64,000 nt of DNA from Emiliania huxleyi CCMP1516 (lineage: Eukaryota): assembly GCF_000372725.1 (NCBI RefSeq), contig NW_005202113.1:248001-312000 (forward strand). Reading direction: 5' to 3'. Positions 43,358 to 53,900 of the stretch are shown one piece after another. Under the pieces are notes generated by a model that saw only the letters and a list, made by a program, of their open reading frames with translations, had not been told where the DNA came from and did not search any database. The translations under genes were made by a program, and so were the position numbers. Position 1 is the stretch's first letter. Each line of letters starts with the position of its first letter.

Positions 43358-43795
43358 TCACTTCAGGCCTCGCTTTTCGAGAGCCGCGAGCCGCTTCTCA
43401 CGCTCGCTCATGCCGCTCGCCTCGCCGGCGCTGCCGCCGAGCGCCTGGCCCTCGCCGGCAGCGGACCACTTGTCGCCCTGGTGAGCCACCACCAGCGCTT
43501 CGAGCGCCTCAGGGTTGGCTCCGCGGCACGAACCGACCTCTTTCTTGTCGCGGAAGGCCTTGAAAGTTGGCATCGCAGAGACGCGGCACTCCTGTGCGAC
43601 TTCCTGATTCTCGTCCACGTCGATCTTGACAAAGCAAACATGGGAGTACTTGGCGGCGAGGGCCTCGAAGATGGGCGCAATCATCTTGCACGGCCCGCAC
43701 CACGACGCCGTGAAGTCGACGACCACAGCCTGGTTCTTTGCAGCCGCGTCAGCCAGCAGGGCGTGCCACTCCTCGGTAGTGGCGATGCTCCTCAT
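43358..43795 (-). CDS. Thioredoxin with C-terminal extension
   Basis: VVDFTASWCGPCKMIAP, FVKIDVDE and VSAMPTF. Confidence 0.95.
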   Translation of the reverse strand: MRSIATTEEWHALLADAAAKNQAVVVDFTASWCGPCKMIAPIFEALAAKYSHVCFVKIDVDENQEVAQECRVSAMPTFKAFRDKKEVGSCRGANPEALEALVVAHQGDKWSAAGEGQALGGSAGEASGMSEREKRLAALEKRGLK

Positions 43796-44028
43796 CTTGG
43801 CTGATCAGCGTCGGGACCTGTATGTGGGTGAGAGTGCAGAACGGCGAGAAAACGCGTACTCTGGCCTCCAGTCGACTCCTCCCCCATCCCTCGTCTGGGT
43901 TGGTCTGTTTTCTTTCTTTCTTTCTTTTCCAGCCAGGGCCATACCCCCCCCCCCCCCTTCCCTCGCCCCACCGCCGGCCGCCTTATCTAATGGATGGCCA
44001 CTGAAAAAATGAAAAATATGACATGTAT

Positions 44029-45197
44029 GAGGGCCCAACTTCAGAATCGTGCTTTGAGTTGGGTTGTTACGTGTTGGGTTGGGTTGTTGGGTTGTTCCGT
44101 GAGGTTGGGTCGTCGGCGCGAATGGTGAGGTCTCGACCGCCGCCGCTCACGCCAGCGGACGGCCACCATCGGTGTTTTTGGCTTCGCCACCGTCCAAGGC
44201 GTGCGCCATGCGCTCGCCGGCATCGAGCGAGCAACGTGATCGACCGAGCGGCTTGCTGTGTGGACGCCTTCTTGTGGCTCTCGTCGAGAGCGTTTTGCGT
44301 CCCGGCGGGTGGGAGAATATGTGTCGTCTGATGTGTCACTGTGTACGTCACATCGGTCTTGATAACAAGCACGGTCGATCCGTCGAAGCGATACACTCGT
44401 TCCTATCACGCTGGAAGGCTGGCACGGAGCTCTGTGCCGGCACACAGCAAGAGCCGTGCGGCAAGAAGAGCTCGATGGGGAGCGAGAACCGTCAGAGGTG
44501 CTCACCCAGGTTTCGGAAGTCCGCCTTGATGCGGTCAGTTCCCCCCAGGTTTGACCGCGCAGCTCGCAAGACTCGTCGAGCACTCGCAGCCTTTCTGCGC
44601 CTCTGACTCTGCAAGCTATGCGGGAAGAGCAGTTTATCCGCAATATATCGACGAGTTCGAGAGAGCCACAGGCTTTCGCTCGGGAGGGATTGAGTGCATC
44701 GCGACGGACTTCAGGTTACACCTGAAAATCTGACGGTTCTCGCTCCCCATCGAGCTCTTCTCTTGCCGCACGGCTCTTGCTGTGTGCCGGCGCAGAGCTC
44801 CGTGCAAGCCTTCCAGCGTGATAGGAACGAGTGTATCGCTTCGACGGATCGACCGTGCTTGTTATCAAGACCGATGTGACGTACACAGTGACACATCAGA
44901 CGACACATATTCTCCCACCCGCCGGGACGCAAAACGCTCTCGACGAGAGCCAGAAGAAGGCGTCCACACAGCAAGCCGCTCGGTCGATCACGTTGCTCGC
45001 TCGATGCCGGCGAGCGCATGGCGCACGCCTTGGACGGTGGCGAAGCCAAAAACACCGATGGTGGCCGTCCGCTGGCGTGAGCGGCGGCGGTCGAGACCTC
45101 ACCATTCGCGCCGACGACCCAACCTCACGCGGAACAACCCAACCCGGGCCAACAACCCAACCCAACCCAAAAAGCACGATTCTGAAGTTGGGCCCTC
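44029..45197. mobile_element. Foldback-type non-autonomous DNA transposon with ~470-bp TIRs, GAG..CTC ends and 5-bp TSD TGTAT
   Basis: Near-identical inverted arms at 44029-44496 and 44729-45197. TGTAT at 44024-44028 and 45198-45202. Confidence 0.9.
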
Positions 45198-45599
45198 TGT
45201 ATGCGGAGGCGGCCGAGGCGGCCCGTAAGGCGGCGGAGCTCGCCGCGAGAAACGCCAATGGTCTTGAGCTGTGGAAAGCCGACCGCAGCACCGCCGGCGC
45301 CGTTGTCGCGTTGCGAGACTCGGCGCTTGGCTACTGCTGGTGCTTCGTTCCCGCCGCTGCCGGTAGCTCACGCCAAGCTGATGCACCTTCAGCCAGCTGC
45401 TGTCCCCGACTTTTAAAGTTACCAAAAGGAGCGCACAGCAGTACATACATCGTGTTCACGCGTTGCCCGAACAACAGAGGCGGATAACGCCGCGGGTCCC
45501 ACTAGTACCAAGGAGGGCTGCGCATTTTATCTGCGACAAGGACGTACGCCGATACCCGCGCGCCGAGCAAGGAGACATCGCGCAACAGCGCTGTGCGCC

Positions 45600-46584
45600 A
45601 TGGACAAGACGACGGTCGGGCGGCTCTCGAACAAGTAGCAGCGCGCGCCCCTGCCCCCGCCCTCCCCTCTCCGCTCCTCTCCAGCAGCGCGCGCGCCCGG
45701 CCGCAGGTACGGCGACGACGGCTGGCCTGGCAAGACATCTCCGTACCCGTGGCCGATCGTCGTGCTCAACCAGTTTATTCGCGAGCCGAGCTACTACATC
45801 GTCGGCTTCGTCTGGAAGCTGCGCGGGTGCTGCCGGAGCAAGAAGTCGAAGCCGCCGGTCCTCACGAACGAGCCCAAGCAGATCTCGTCGTCGTCAAAGA
45901 CGGTGCTCTTCATCCGGCACGGGCAGGGCGACCACAACGCGAGCCTACCCGGCTGGAACCTGGTCGACCCGCCGCTCAACGCGACCGGCCTCGGGCAGGC
46001 GAGGGACCTGCACGAGCGGCTGGGCGGCACGGGCGGCCCGCTCAAGGACGTCGAGGTCGTGCTCGTCTCGCCGCTCACGCGCGCCTTCCAGACCGCCCAG
46101 GGCGCGTTCGGGCACGGGCCGGCGTTTCAGAACCGGGAGCCGACGCTCAAGCCAAAGTGGGTCGTCTGCCCGCTGCTCCGCGAGCGGATGGGCGCGCCCT
46201 GCGACGAGGGGCGCCCAAAGGCGCAGCTGGCGATGACGATGCCCGAGATGAAGGAGATGGAGGGGTTCGACACGATGAAGCCGGATGTCTGGTGGACGCC
46301 GCACTTTGAGTTCGGGCTGTACGACCGCATCGCCGAGCTCGAGGAGCAGGCGCGGGGCGCCGCGCCTCTCGCCTCTCGCACCGCACCGCTCACCGCCCCT
46401 CTCGCCGCCTCACTGCCCCGCTCGCCTCCTCACCGCTCCTCTCGGCCCGCTTGCCCGCCTGCAGATCCTCTCGCGCCCCGAGTCGACGATCGCCGTGGTC
46501 GGGCACGGCGGCCTCTTCACGCGCATCCTGGGCTACCACCTCCACAACTGCGGCCACCAGTGGACCTCGTGGGATGCGGACTAA
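45600..46584 (+). CDS. Histidine phosphatase / phosphoglycerate mutase family protein (3 exons)
   Basis: LFIRHGQGDHN, DPPLNATGLGQA, VSPLTRAFQTA, PCDEG and IAVVGHGG. Confidence 0.9.
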
Positions 46585-47363
46585 GCGCCGCCCAGCGCTG
46601 CGGCGACCCCAGCAGCGCTCGGAGCCGTGGGCTGCGGAGCGAGCTGGGGCTGCGGTCCGAGGGCGGCCACGGCCCACCGCGACCGGTGGGAGCTCTCACC
46701 GGTTGATATTGTGCGTGCGCCATTATTGCCTGCGGGGCGTTTCACAGCTGCCTCGCCGACGCAGTGCCGCCGCGTGCCCCGTGTGCCCCGTCCACACTGT
46801 CACTGGTCACTGTCGATAGAAACCCCTGTGTGTCTTGTTGATTAAGGTCAGTTCTGAAAGAAAGCACTTGGAGCACTTGGAGAGCAGTCATTAGCCTCAC
46901 ATCCAGGGCCGGGAGCTAAGCGCTGGCACCCAGCGGGCCGGATGTGTCCACCCGCAACCCGGATGAACGAAAGAAAGAGAAAACGGACAGCCAAACAAGG
47001 GGTGGGAGGAGGACAAGATCCCCACCTGCACGCGAGCAGGATTTTGGAAGGACGATCAGGGACACAGGGGAACGGGAGCGGGGAGCGCATCGCGACACGG
47101 AGGGCGAGGGGGGCTGGGCCGCAGGGTTCACCCACACGACAGGGTCCCAGGGATTCCCCTCTCGTATAGGACAAAGTCGCACCCGGCGGCACGGGGGCAG
47201 GCACGGGCCTCCTACTGGTTGCGCTCCGCTCTCCTAGTTCTCCTGCTCCTTGACAAGGGACCGACAGGATCGCGCGAATCTTTCTCTCTTCCCGGCTGGC
47301 CACTGCGATTGCATGCACGTCGCCCTGGCCATCGCCGCGGCGTCTACTCGCGCTTCTGTGGAA

Positions 47364-48838
47364 ATGGCACCGTCCAAGTCGCCCGGCGCCTCGTCCGACC
47401 GGCCGCTGCCGACCGACACCTACCTCTCCGAGTACAGCAAGATCTTTGACCACATCGGCATGCTGGAGGCTCGCTCCCGCTCGCAGCCCATCTCTCCCAC
47501 AGCGGCGGATGCGCTTCACCGCTCTCGCACCTGGCCGCAGGACATGCAGAGGATGGCTGCCTACCACGACGCCATCAAGCGGAACGCCGCAGTGCACTTC
47601 AAGGGCAAGGTCGTGCTCGACGTTGGGTCGGGGACGGGCGTGCTCGCCATCTGGGCGGCGCAGGCGGGCGCGCGGCGCGTGTACGCCGTGGAGGCCTCGG
47701 GCGTCGGCGCTCACATCCAGACGATGGTCGAGGCGCACGGGCTGGCCGACACGGTGACGGTCCTGCGCGAGAGGGTCGAGCAGGTGGAGCTGGCCGAGCA
47801 GGCTCGCCGCAGCCCGCCGCCCGCGCCGCCGCGCGTGCGGCCTCCGACCTCCGCCGCGCGTGCCCACTCTGTGCAGGTGGACGTGATTGTGTCCGAGTGG
47901 ATGGGCTACTTCCTGCTGCGCGAGTCGATGGTCGAGTCGGCAGCCGCCTCGCCGGCTCGGGGTGTGGCGAGGCTCGGACGCCGCGGCCTCACCGTCGTGC
48001 GCACGCGAGGTAGGTGCTCCTCGCGCGGGACCGCTGGCTCAAGCCGGGAGGAGTCATGTACCCTTCGCACGCGCGGCTGCTCCTCGCGCCCTCCGCGCTG
48101 CCCCGCTTCCTGCTCCGCCGCCGCGAGGAGATTGCGAGCTCGATGCACGCGTGGGAGCAGCTCGCCGCCGAGCTGCGGAGCAAGTACTCCCTCCGCCTGG
48201 ACGCGCTGCAGGCCTCGACCCGCCGCCCCGCCCCTCGCACGCCCCTCCGCCCCCCCCGCCCCCCCGCCGCCCTCGCGCCACTCCCGCCGCCCCGCCGCCC
48301 TCGCCGCCCGCCGCCCTCGCCGCCCGCCTCGCAGGCCGCCTACGAGCGCGAGCACCACGAGTACGCCTTCTCCGAGGCGTGGCAAGGCATCCTCCCCGCC
48401 TCCCTCCTGCGCGACGAGCCGCAGGTGCTGCTCGAGGCGGACATGCACTCGGTGACGCACGCGCAGTTCTTCGACTGGCAGACCGAGGTACAGTTCGCGC
48501 CGCCGCACGCCGACGAGCCGCAGCACGGCCTCTGCGGCTGGTTCGACGTCCGCTTCTGTGGCTCCGAGTCGCAGCCCGCTCACGAGTGCGTCGAGCTCGA
48601 CACCTCGCCCGAGGCGCCGCCGACGCACTGGGCGCAGACCACGCTGCTGCTCGAGCGGCCGCTCGACGGGTCACCGCTCGTCGTCGCGCTCGCGCAGAAC
48701 AGCGGCTTCCACCACGACCTCAACGTGACGGTCTCGTCCGGCGCGTGGAGCGCGTCGTATGCTGTGACGGCCGACTTTCGCGGCGGCGAGGACTTCCTGG
48801 AGGACGCGGAGGCGGAGGAGGGGGAGGAGGGGGCGTAG
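47364..48838 (+). CDS. Type I protein arginine methyltransferase, plant PRMT10-like (multi-exon)
   Basis: VVLDVGSGTGVL, VYAVEAS, VDVIVSEWMGYFLLRESM, ARDRWLKPGGVMYPSHAR and PTHWAQT. Confidence 0.9.
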
Positions 48839-49264
48839 GCGGACGACGCCACCTCCCCGCGTCTCGGACCTGACCCGCGACGACCGCTGGAGAGACGCGT
48901 GCGCGGAGAGAGTGGCGGGCCCTGGCGCCCTGCAGTGTCCTTCTCTGCTGAGACGTCTCGCGCACCCAGGGCCCTGCCGGCCCCGGCCGTACGGCGCTCT
49001 TCTCTAGATCTCTCTGAGGGAGTCTGACCTCTCCTCGTACCTCGAGAGTGCACAGCACCTCCCACACCTTGAAGGGGTGGGGGAAAGCTGCTAGCTGGAA
49101 AGGAACGGCGAACGCGCCGCCGCCCCAGCCACGGGGCCCACAAATTCCGGAACCCTTCGCTTGGGAATTCTGTTTTCAATTTTCGATAATTAAACATAAA
49201 AACTCGTGAGCCTTCAGGGGCCCTTCGCGCCCCACAGATTTCTCCCTTCCGCTCTAGCGGTAGT

Positions 49265-50275
49265 CTAGCCTGCGTCTCGGTCCTGACTGCGTGTTCCCTC
49301 CGGCCGCTCCCACTGCGACCGCCCACTCGGGGCGTGGTGAAAGTAGACGGCGCCCGTGGCGGGGTCTACTCCCGAGACCCACCCGTCGGGCAGCTCCGTC
49401 GCCGCGGCGGCCTGCTGCTGCTGCTGCCATTGCGGCGTCAGCGGCGCCTCGCCACCACTAGGCCCCTCTGCACCTGGGTACTCCTCAGCCACCGGCGTGA
49501 CCACCTCGCCCGGCGTCATCTCCCACACCGCGGGCTGTGCCGCCTCCGGACCGCCGCCGCCGCCGCACGCCGCCGCCGCCGGCCCCTCCCTCCCGCCGTT
49601 CGCCTCGGGCCGCGCCGCCTTTGCCGCCCTCCCCTCCGCCTCGAGCCGCTCGTAGAGGTCGTGCTGCGCGTCGCGCCGCCGCTTCGCCTCCTCCGCCGCG
49701 CGCAGCGCCAGTTGCCGCGAGTGTATCGCCCGCTGCTGCTCCGGATCCGAGTTGGAGAAGGTGACGCGCAGCGCGGGCCCCCCCTCCGGGTCGATCGGCC
49801 TCCCGTCCATCGCCTCGGACGCGAACTGCGCACACGCGCGGCTCCGGAAGCGGACAAAGCCGGTGCCCGGCGCGACGCCCGCCCAGGTCCGCAGGAGCGC
49901 GCCCCACTCCGAAAACTTCTCGAGGGAGGCGCGCACCTCTCGCTGCGAGGCCGCCTCGTCGAGGCCCGTAACGAAGAGCAGGCAAGCCGCGTCGACCGAG
50001 GAGGTGCGCCTCCGCCCAAAGATGTCGTAGTCGATGCCGTCGGCGGAGAAGGCCATGCGCTGCTCCTCGACGACGGACGGCAGGCGGTGGAGGTTGACGC
50101 ACGCGGCGCCGTCCCGGCAGGCGCCGCGCGCCCAAGCCAGGCATATCCAAGCGCCGCCTCGCCTGTCGCCGGCTGTCGACTGGGTGTCGACCTCCGGCCA
50201 GCAGCGCGGGAGCGCGGGCACGGCGCCGCTGTCGCCGGTGCCCACCGCGTCGATGCCCGGCGGGAGGTCCGACAT
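49265..50275 (-). CDS. CWC2/RBM22-like CCCH zinc finger + RRM protein with C-terminal WW domain
   Basis: ICLAWARGACRDGAACVNLHRLP, DIFGR, RRM segments LFVTGL and GFVRFRSRACAQFASEAMDG, and WW domain LPDGWVSGVDPATGAVYFHHAPSGRSQWERP. Confidence 0.8.
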   Translation of the reverse strand: MSDLPPGIDAVGTGDSGAVPALPRCWPEVDTQSTAGDRRGGAWICLAWARGACRDGAACVNLHRLPSVVEEQRMAFSADGIDYDIFGRRRTSSVDAACLLFVTGLDEAASQREVRASLEKFSEWGALLRTWAGVAPGTGFVRFRSRACAQFASEAMDGRPIDPEGGPALRVTFSNSDPEQQRAIHSRQLALRAAEEAKRRRDAQHDLYERLEAEGRAAKAARPEANGGREGPAAAACGGGGGPEAAQPAVWEMTPGEVVTPVAEEYPGAEGPSGGEAPLTPQWQQQQQAAAATELPDGWVSGVDPATGAVYFHHAPSGRSQWERPEGTRSQDRDAG

Positions 50276-50669
50276 GGCGTGCCTACTGGGACCCAGCGCT
50301 GACTTCTGAGTCGATGCGGTCTTCCCTTTCTCGACTGTCTGAGCTTGTGCGTCTTGGGGAGCTTTACGCGCGTGCGCGGGGTTGTGTTTTTTTAATGTGC
50401 TCTCGAAGGAGGACTCTCCTGACAGGGTTTGCGATGAGGAGCGACCCGAAGGGTTTCTCGGAGGTTAGTGCACCACTAACCGCCGAAGCGCAAGCGCTGG
50501 GAGCAAGAACACTGCGACGTATCGGGCTCACACTAGCACCCCACCTCGCGAGCCGACGTTCTGGCTCAGCGAGGCTGCTGCGGAGCACTCGCGGACCGGT
50601 TCTTCTGGGTTTTTCAGTAGAACATCAAAAAAGGGAAAAATTGCAGTTTACTACGTTTTGAGCTTTTCT

Positions 50670-50929
50670 CTTGCAGATTACTACACACCACACAATCCAC
50701 CTTGCAGATTACTACACAGACACAATCCACCTTGCAGATTACTACGCACCACACAATCCACCTTGCAGATTACTACACACACACAATCCACCTTGCAGAT
50801 TACTACGCACCACACAATCCACCTTGCAGATTACTACACACACACAATCCACCTTGCAGATTACTACGCACCACACAATCCACCTTGCAGATTACTACAC
50901 ACCACACAATCCACCTTGCAGATTACTAC
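50670..50929 (+). repeat. Left subterminal array, 30/31-bp unit CTTGCAGATTACTAC..CACAATCCAC (9 core copies)
   Basis: Cores at 50670, 50701, 50731, 50762, 50792, 50823, 50853, 50884 and 50915. Confidence 0.95.
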
Positions 50930-50940
50930 TCATCACACAT

Positions 50941-53900
50941 TCATCGCATGATCCGAGGTTGGTTTTTGCACCCGCAGCCCTTCCTGACCGGGGCGCCGCA
51001 CCTGCGGCAACCGTACTGCCGAGACGCGCGAGGTGGAGCTGGCAAGGCAGGTGCGTTCGCCATCGGCCCTGCGTCGTCGGCGCCGGCAGCTGCGGTGAGG
51101 GCTGCGGCGGTCTGAGAAGCATCCTCGTCGCCAGAGGGTGCCACTGTTCGCCTCCTCTTCGCGCCCGACCCCTCGCCTGGAGACAGGATGCGGCCCCGCT
51201 TGGGCCTGCCTGGCTTGGTTGGAAGGAAGACGGGCAGCTTGAGCCGGCTCGGCGGTCCATCTGGCACACTGCCGGGGAGAGTGGCGGCAAAGTTGAAGTT
51301 GTACTGCGCCTGCCAGACGGCCGTGGTGTATTCGGAGTCGACGAGCTGAGCAATGTCGGGGACACCCTTTTTCTGCACCGCCACAGCCGCCAAGCACTCG
51401 CACGGGAAGCCGGTGACCTTCTTGAGCCCGCAAGCGCACGTCCATTCGCATGGCTGGCCGTCGCAGCGGACGAGATGGAACCAGTTTCGCGGCCTACGGC
51501 CCTGCCCTGGTGTGGTGTATGCGGGGTAGAAACGAAATGTGTCGGCTGCCGCCGAGTCGATGCGGAATCCTCCATCGCGGACACGATTCAGCAGGCGGGC
51601 GACCATCATCCGCATCCTTGGCGGGCATGCGTCGGTGCAGCGTGTGCTCTCCACCCTGCGGCCGTCACAGCGCTTGATGTCATCCTCCAGGAGCAGGCGC
51701 ATCATCTCGAGCGGATTGGGAATGCCGCGCGCCCCGCTGTGCCTGGTGATGTGATTCATCTTCTCACCAAACTGCGACGTCGTGCGGGGTAACGGCATAG
51801 CCCACGCCTCGCTGTTTGGGAGGCTGGCTGGCATCTTGCCACCGTCCTCAGCAAAGGGGAAGAGGAAGCGCTGCGCCGGCGTGTCTGGGGTGTGGGTGAC
51901 GTACTGCCAAAGGCTGTGCGCAACTTCTGCCTTTGCCTTCTCGTATGAGCCCTGGTTCAGCGCACGCGCCATGGCTTGGTACTGCAGTACAGCAACGGCC
52001 TTGCTGATGCCTCCCACAGTGTGAGAGGCGGCTGCAGCCGCGTGGCTGACGCACGAGAACTGGTGGGCCCGTGGCGCGTTGGCCGTGATGGCGGTGCGCA
52101 ACTCGCGTCTGCCGTCCCGGACAAAGACAACGCGAGGGTCATCGAGCTCAGGGACGTCGGCAACCGCCTGGCGGACGGACGCTGTCGCAGTGGCATTGTT
52201 TTCATTGTCGGCAAAGTGCGCGTGCCCCAGAGGTAGGACATTGCGATTGGAGTCGATCGCCACAAACGATGCGAGCGTCCCTGTGTCGCAGTGAGTGAAG
52301 TCGTAGGCCAGGCAGTAAACTCCGTTTTGCAACACGTGGCGTGCCCACGCGTACATGAGCACAAAGCCGTAGAAGTAGTCAGAGTTATCCTCGATGCTAT
52401 TCAGCGTCTCGCTGAGGCCGTGAACAGCATCATCTGTGAAGGTGAGCCCCGAGCCCTTGTTGTCGAACGTCCACTTTCGTTTCGCCGCCTCGCGCGCTAC
52501 CTTGCGCACCTCCGTGCCCTTCTTGGAGAGGATTGTGACGCAGTGGCCGAGCCGTCGCAGCTCCTGCGCGTAGTTCTCGAGCTGTCCCATGTCGTCGGCT
52601 CTCGCAGCGACGGCGGTGTCGGTCGCACTCGTGCTCACATTCATGCCCTGCGCCTCTTTGCCTACGGTACAACCCGTGTCAAGGTGCGAGTCGCGGCGCG
52701 CAGTGGTCGCGGCAGGTCAGGAGAGGCGCAGCAGTGGACTGTCACATCTAAGTCGGCCACCGATGCGGCGGCAAAAGTCCTCCGAGGCCTCTGCCCGGAG
52801 GTACGGCTGCACCGCCGCTTGGACCTGCCGCCAGTTGCTGCAGTCGACAACCTGCTGCACAACGACCGACGCCAGCTCGACCGGCGTGTACGCGTGGAAC
52901 CTCTTTCGCCGCTCACGACCCGCCTGCGCCGACTGATCGCAGGTGTGGTCGACTGCGTTCGTGCATTCCCAGACGCTGCCATCTGTGCGACGGCGGAATC
53001 GGACATTGAACATGCAGCCCTGCTTCGCGCACATGGCTGACGCGCGCTTCAGGTCGTACAAGGCAGTTGCAACCGACCGCATGGCCCTCTTTGCCGTGCT
53101 GTCGGCGTCCCAGACGTACTCGCCAGTCTCACGCTTCTGATGGATCGTGCCATTCCAGCGGACTTTGCGGGTGTCTCGCTCACTGATGGCAAGGATGCGG
53201 AATCTGACGTCGGAGCGATCGTTGGCCGTGTCTCCCACCGAGATGCTCATGGTGCTGGCCTCCGCCTGCGTGTATGGCAGCACCGACACGGTCGCTCCCG
53301 AAGCCGCCTGCCTCAGCGCCGCCGCCTGTGCTGCGTCCCCAGCTCGCCTCTCCGCCGCCAGCTCCGAGGCGGTCGGCGACGCCAGCGGCGAGGCGGTCGC
53401 TCGCACCAGAGTCCTCATGATGAGCCAATCTTCGACGTTCGGCTCGGTGGCGCCTCCCTCGACACAAAAGCTGGGGAAGGTGGCGGCGTCTCCGCTTGCG
53501 GCGATGGCAGGCCCGCCTGGTTGGTGTCGAGCCAGGGCTGACGTGAGGGTTTCCTTGAGCGTCTCCACTCTGCTCGAAATCTCGGGGCCGACCAAGACCG
53601 GGTTTGGCGCAACCAAGTTCGCCAGCGAGAAGGCGTGCGATCGCTCCTGGCCTGCGCGGGCAACGAACACCGAGAGATGCTCCGCCTCCCGGCCCAGGTA
53701 CCACTCGTGCATGTACTGGTACTCGGCTGCCCCTGGCTCCCACTCGTGGATGCCGAAGCTGTACACGTGGTTGGTCGCCTCGTTCTCCCACTCGACGAGT
53801 AGGATCTCAAATGCTCCGCGCGGATCGGCTGGGCCGCGCTCGTAGAAGGCCTTGATGGTCAGCGTGCCGACGCCTTCCGCCAAGTTGCGCAAGAAGGCCA

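Noticed and set aside
50670..50929. CRISPR-like array of ~30-bp repeats (also 57078-57273)
   Set aside because: Units are contiguous with only 3-4 variable bases and no unique spacers. There are no cas genes, and the arrays are the inverted ends of a MULE.
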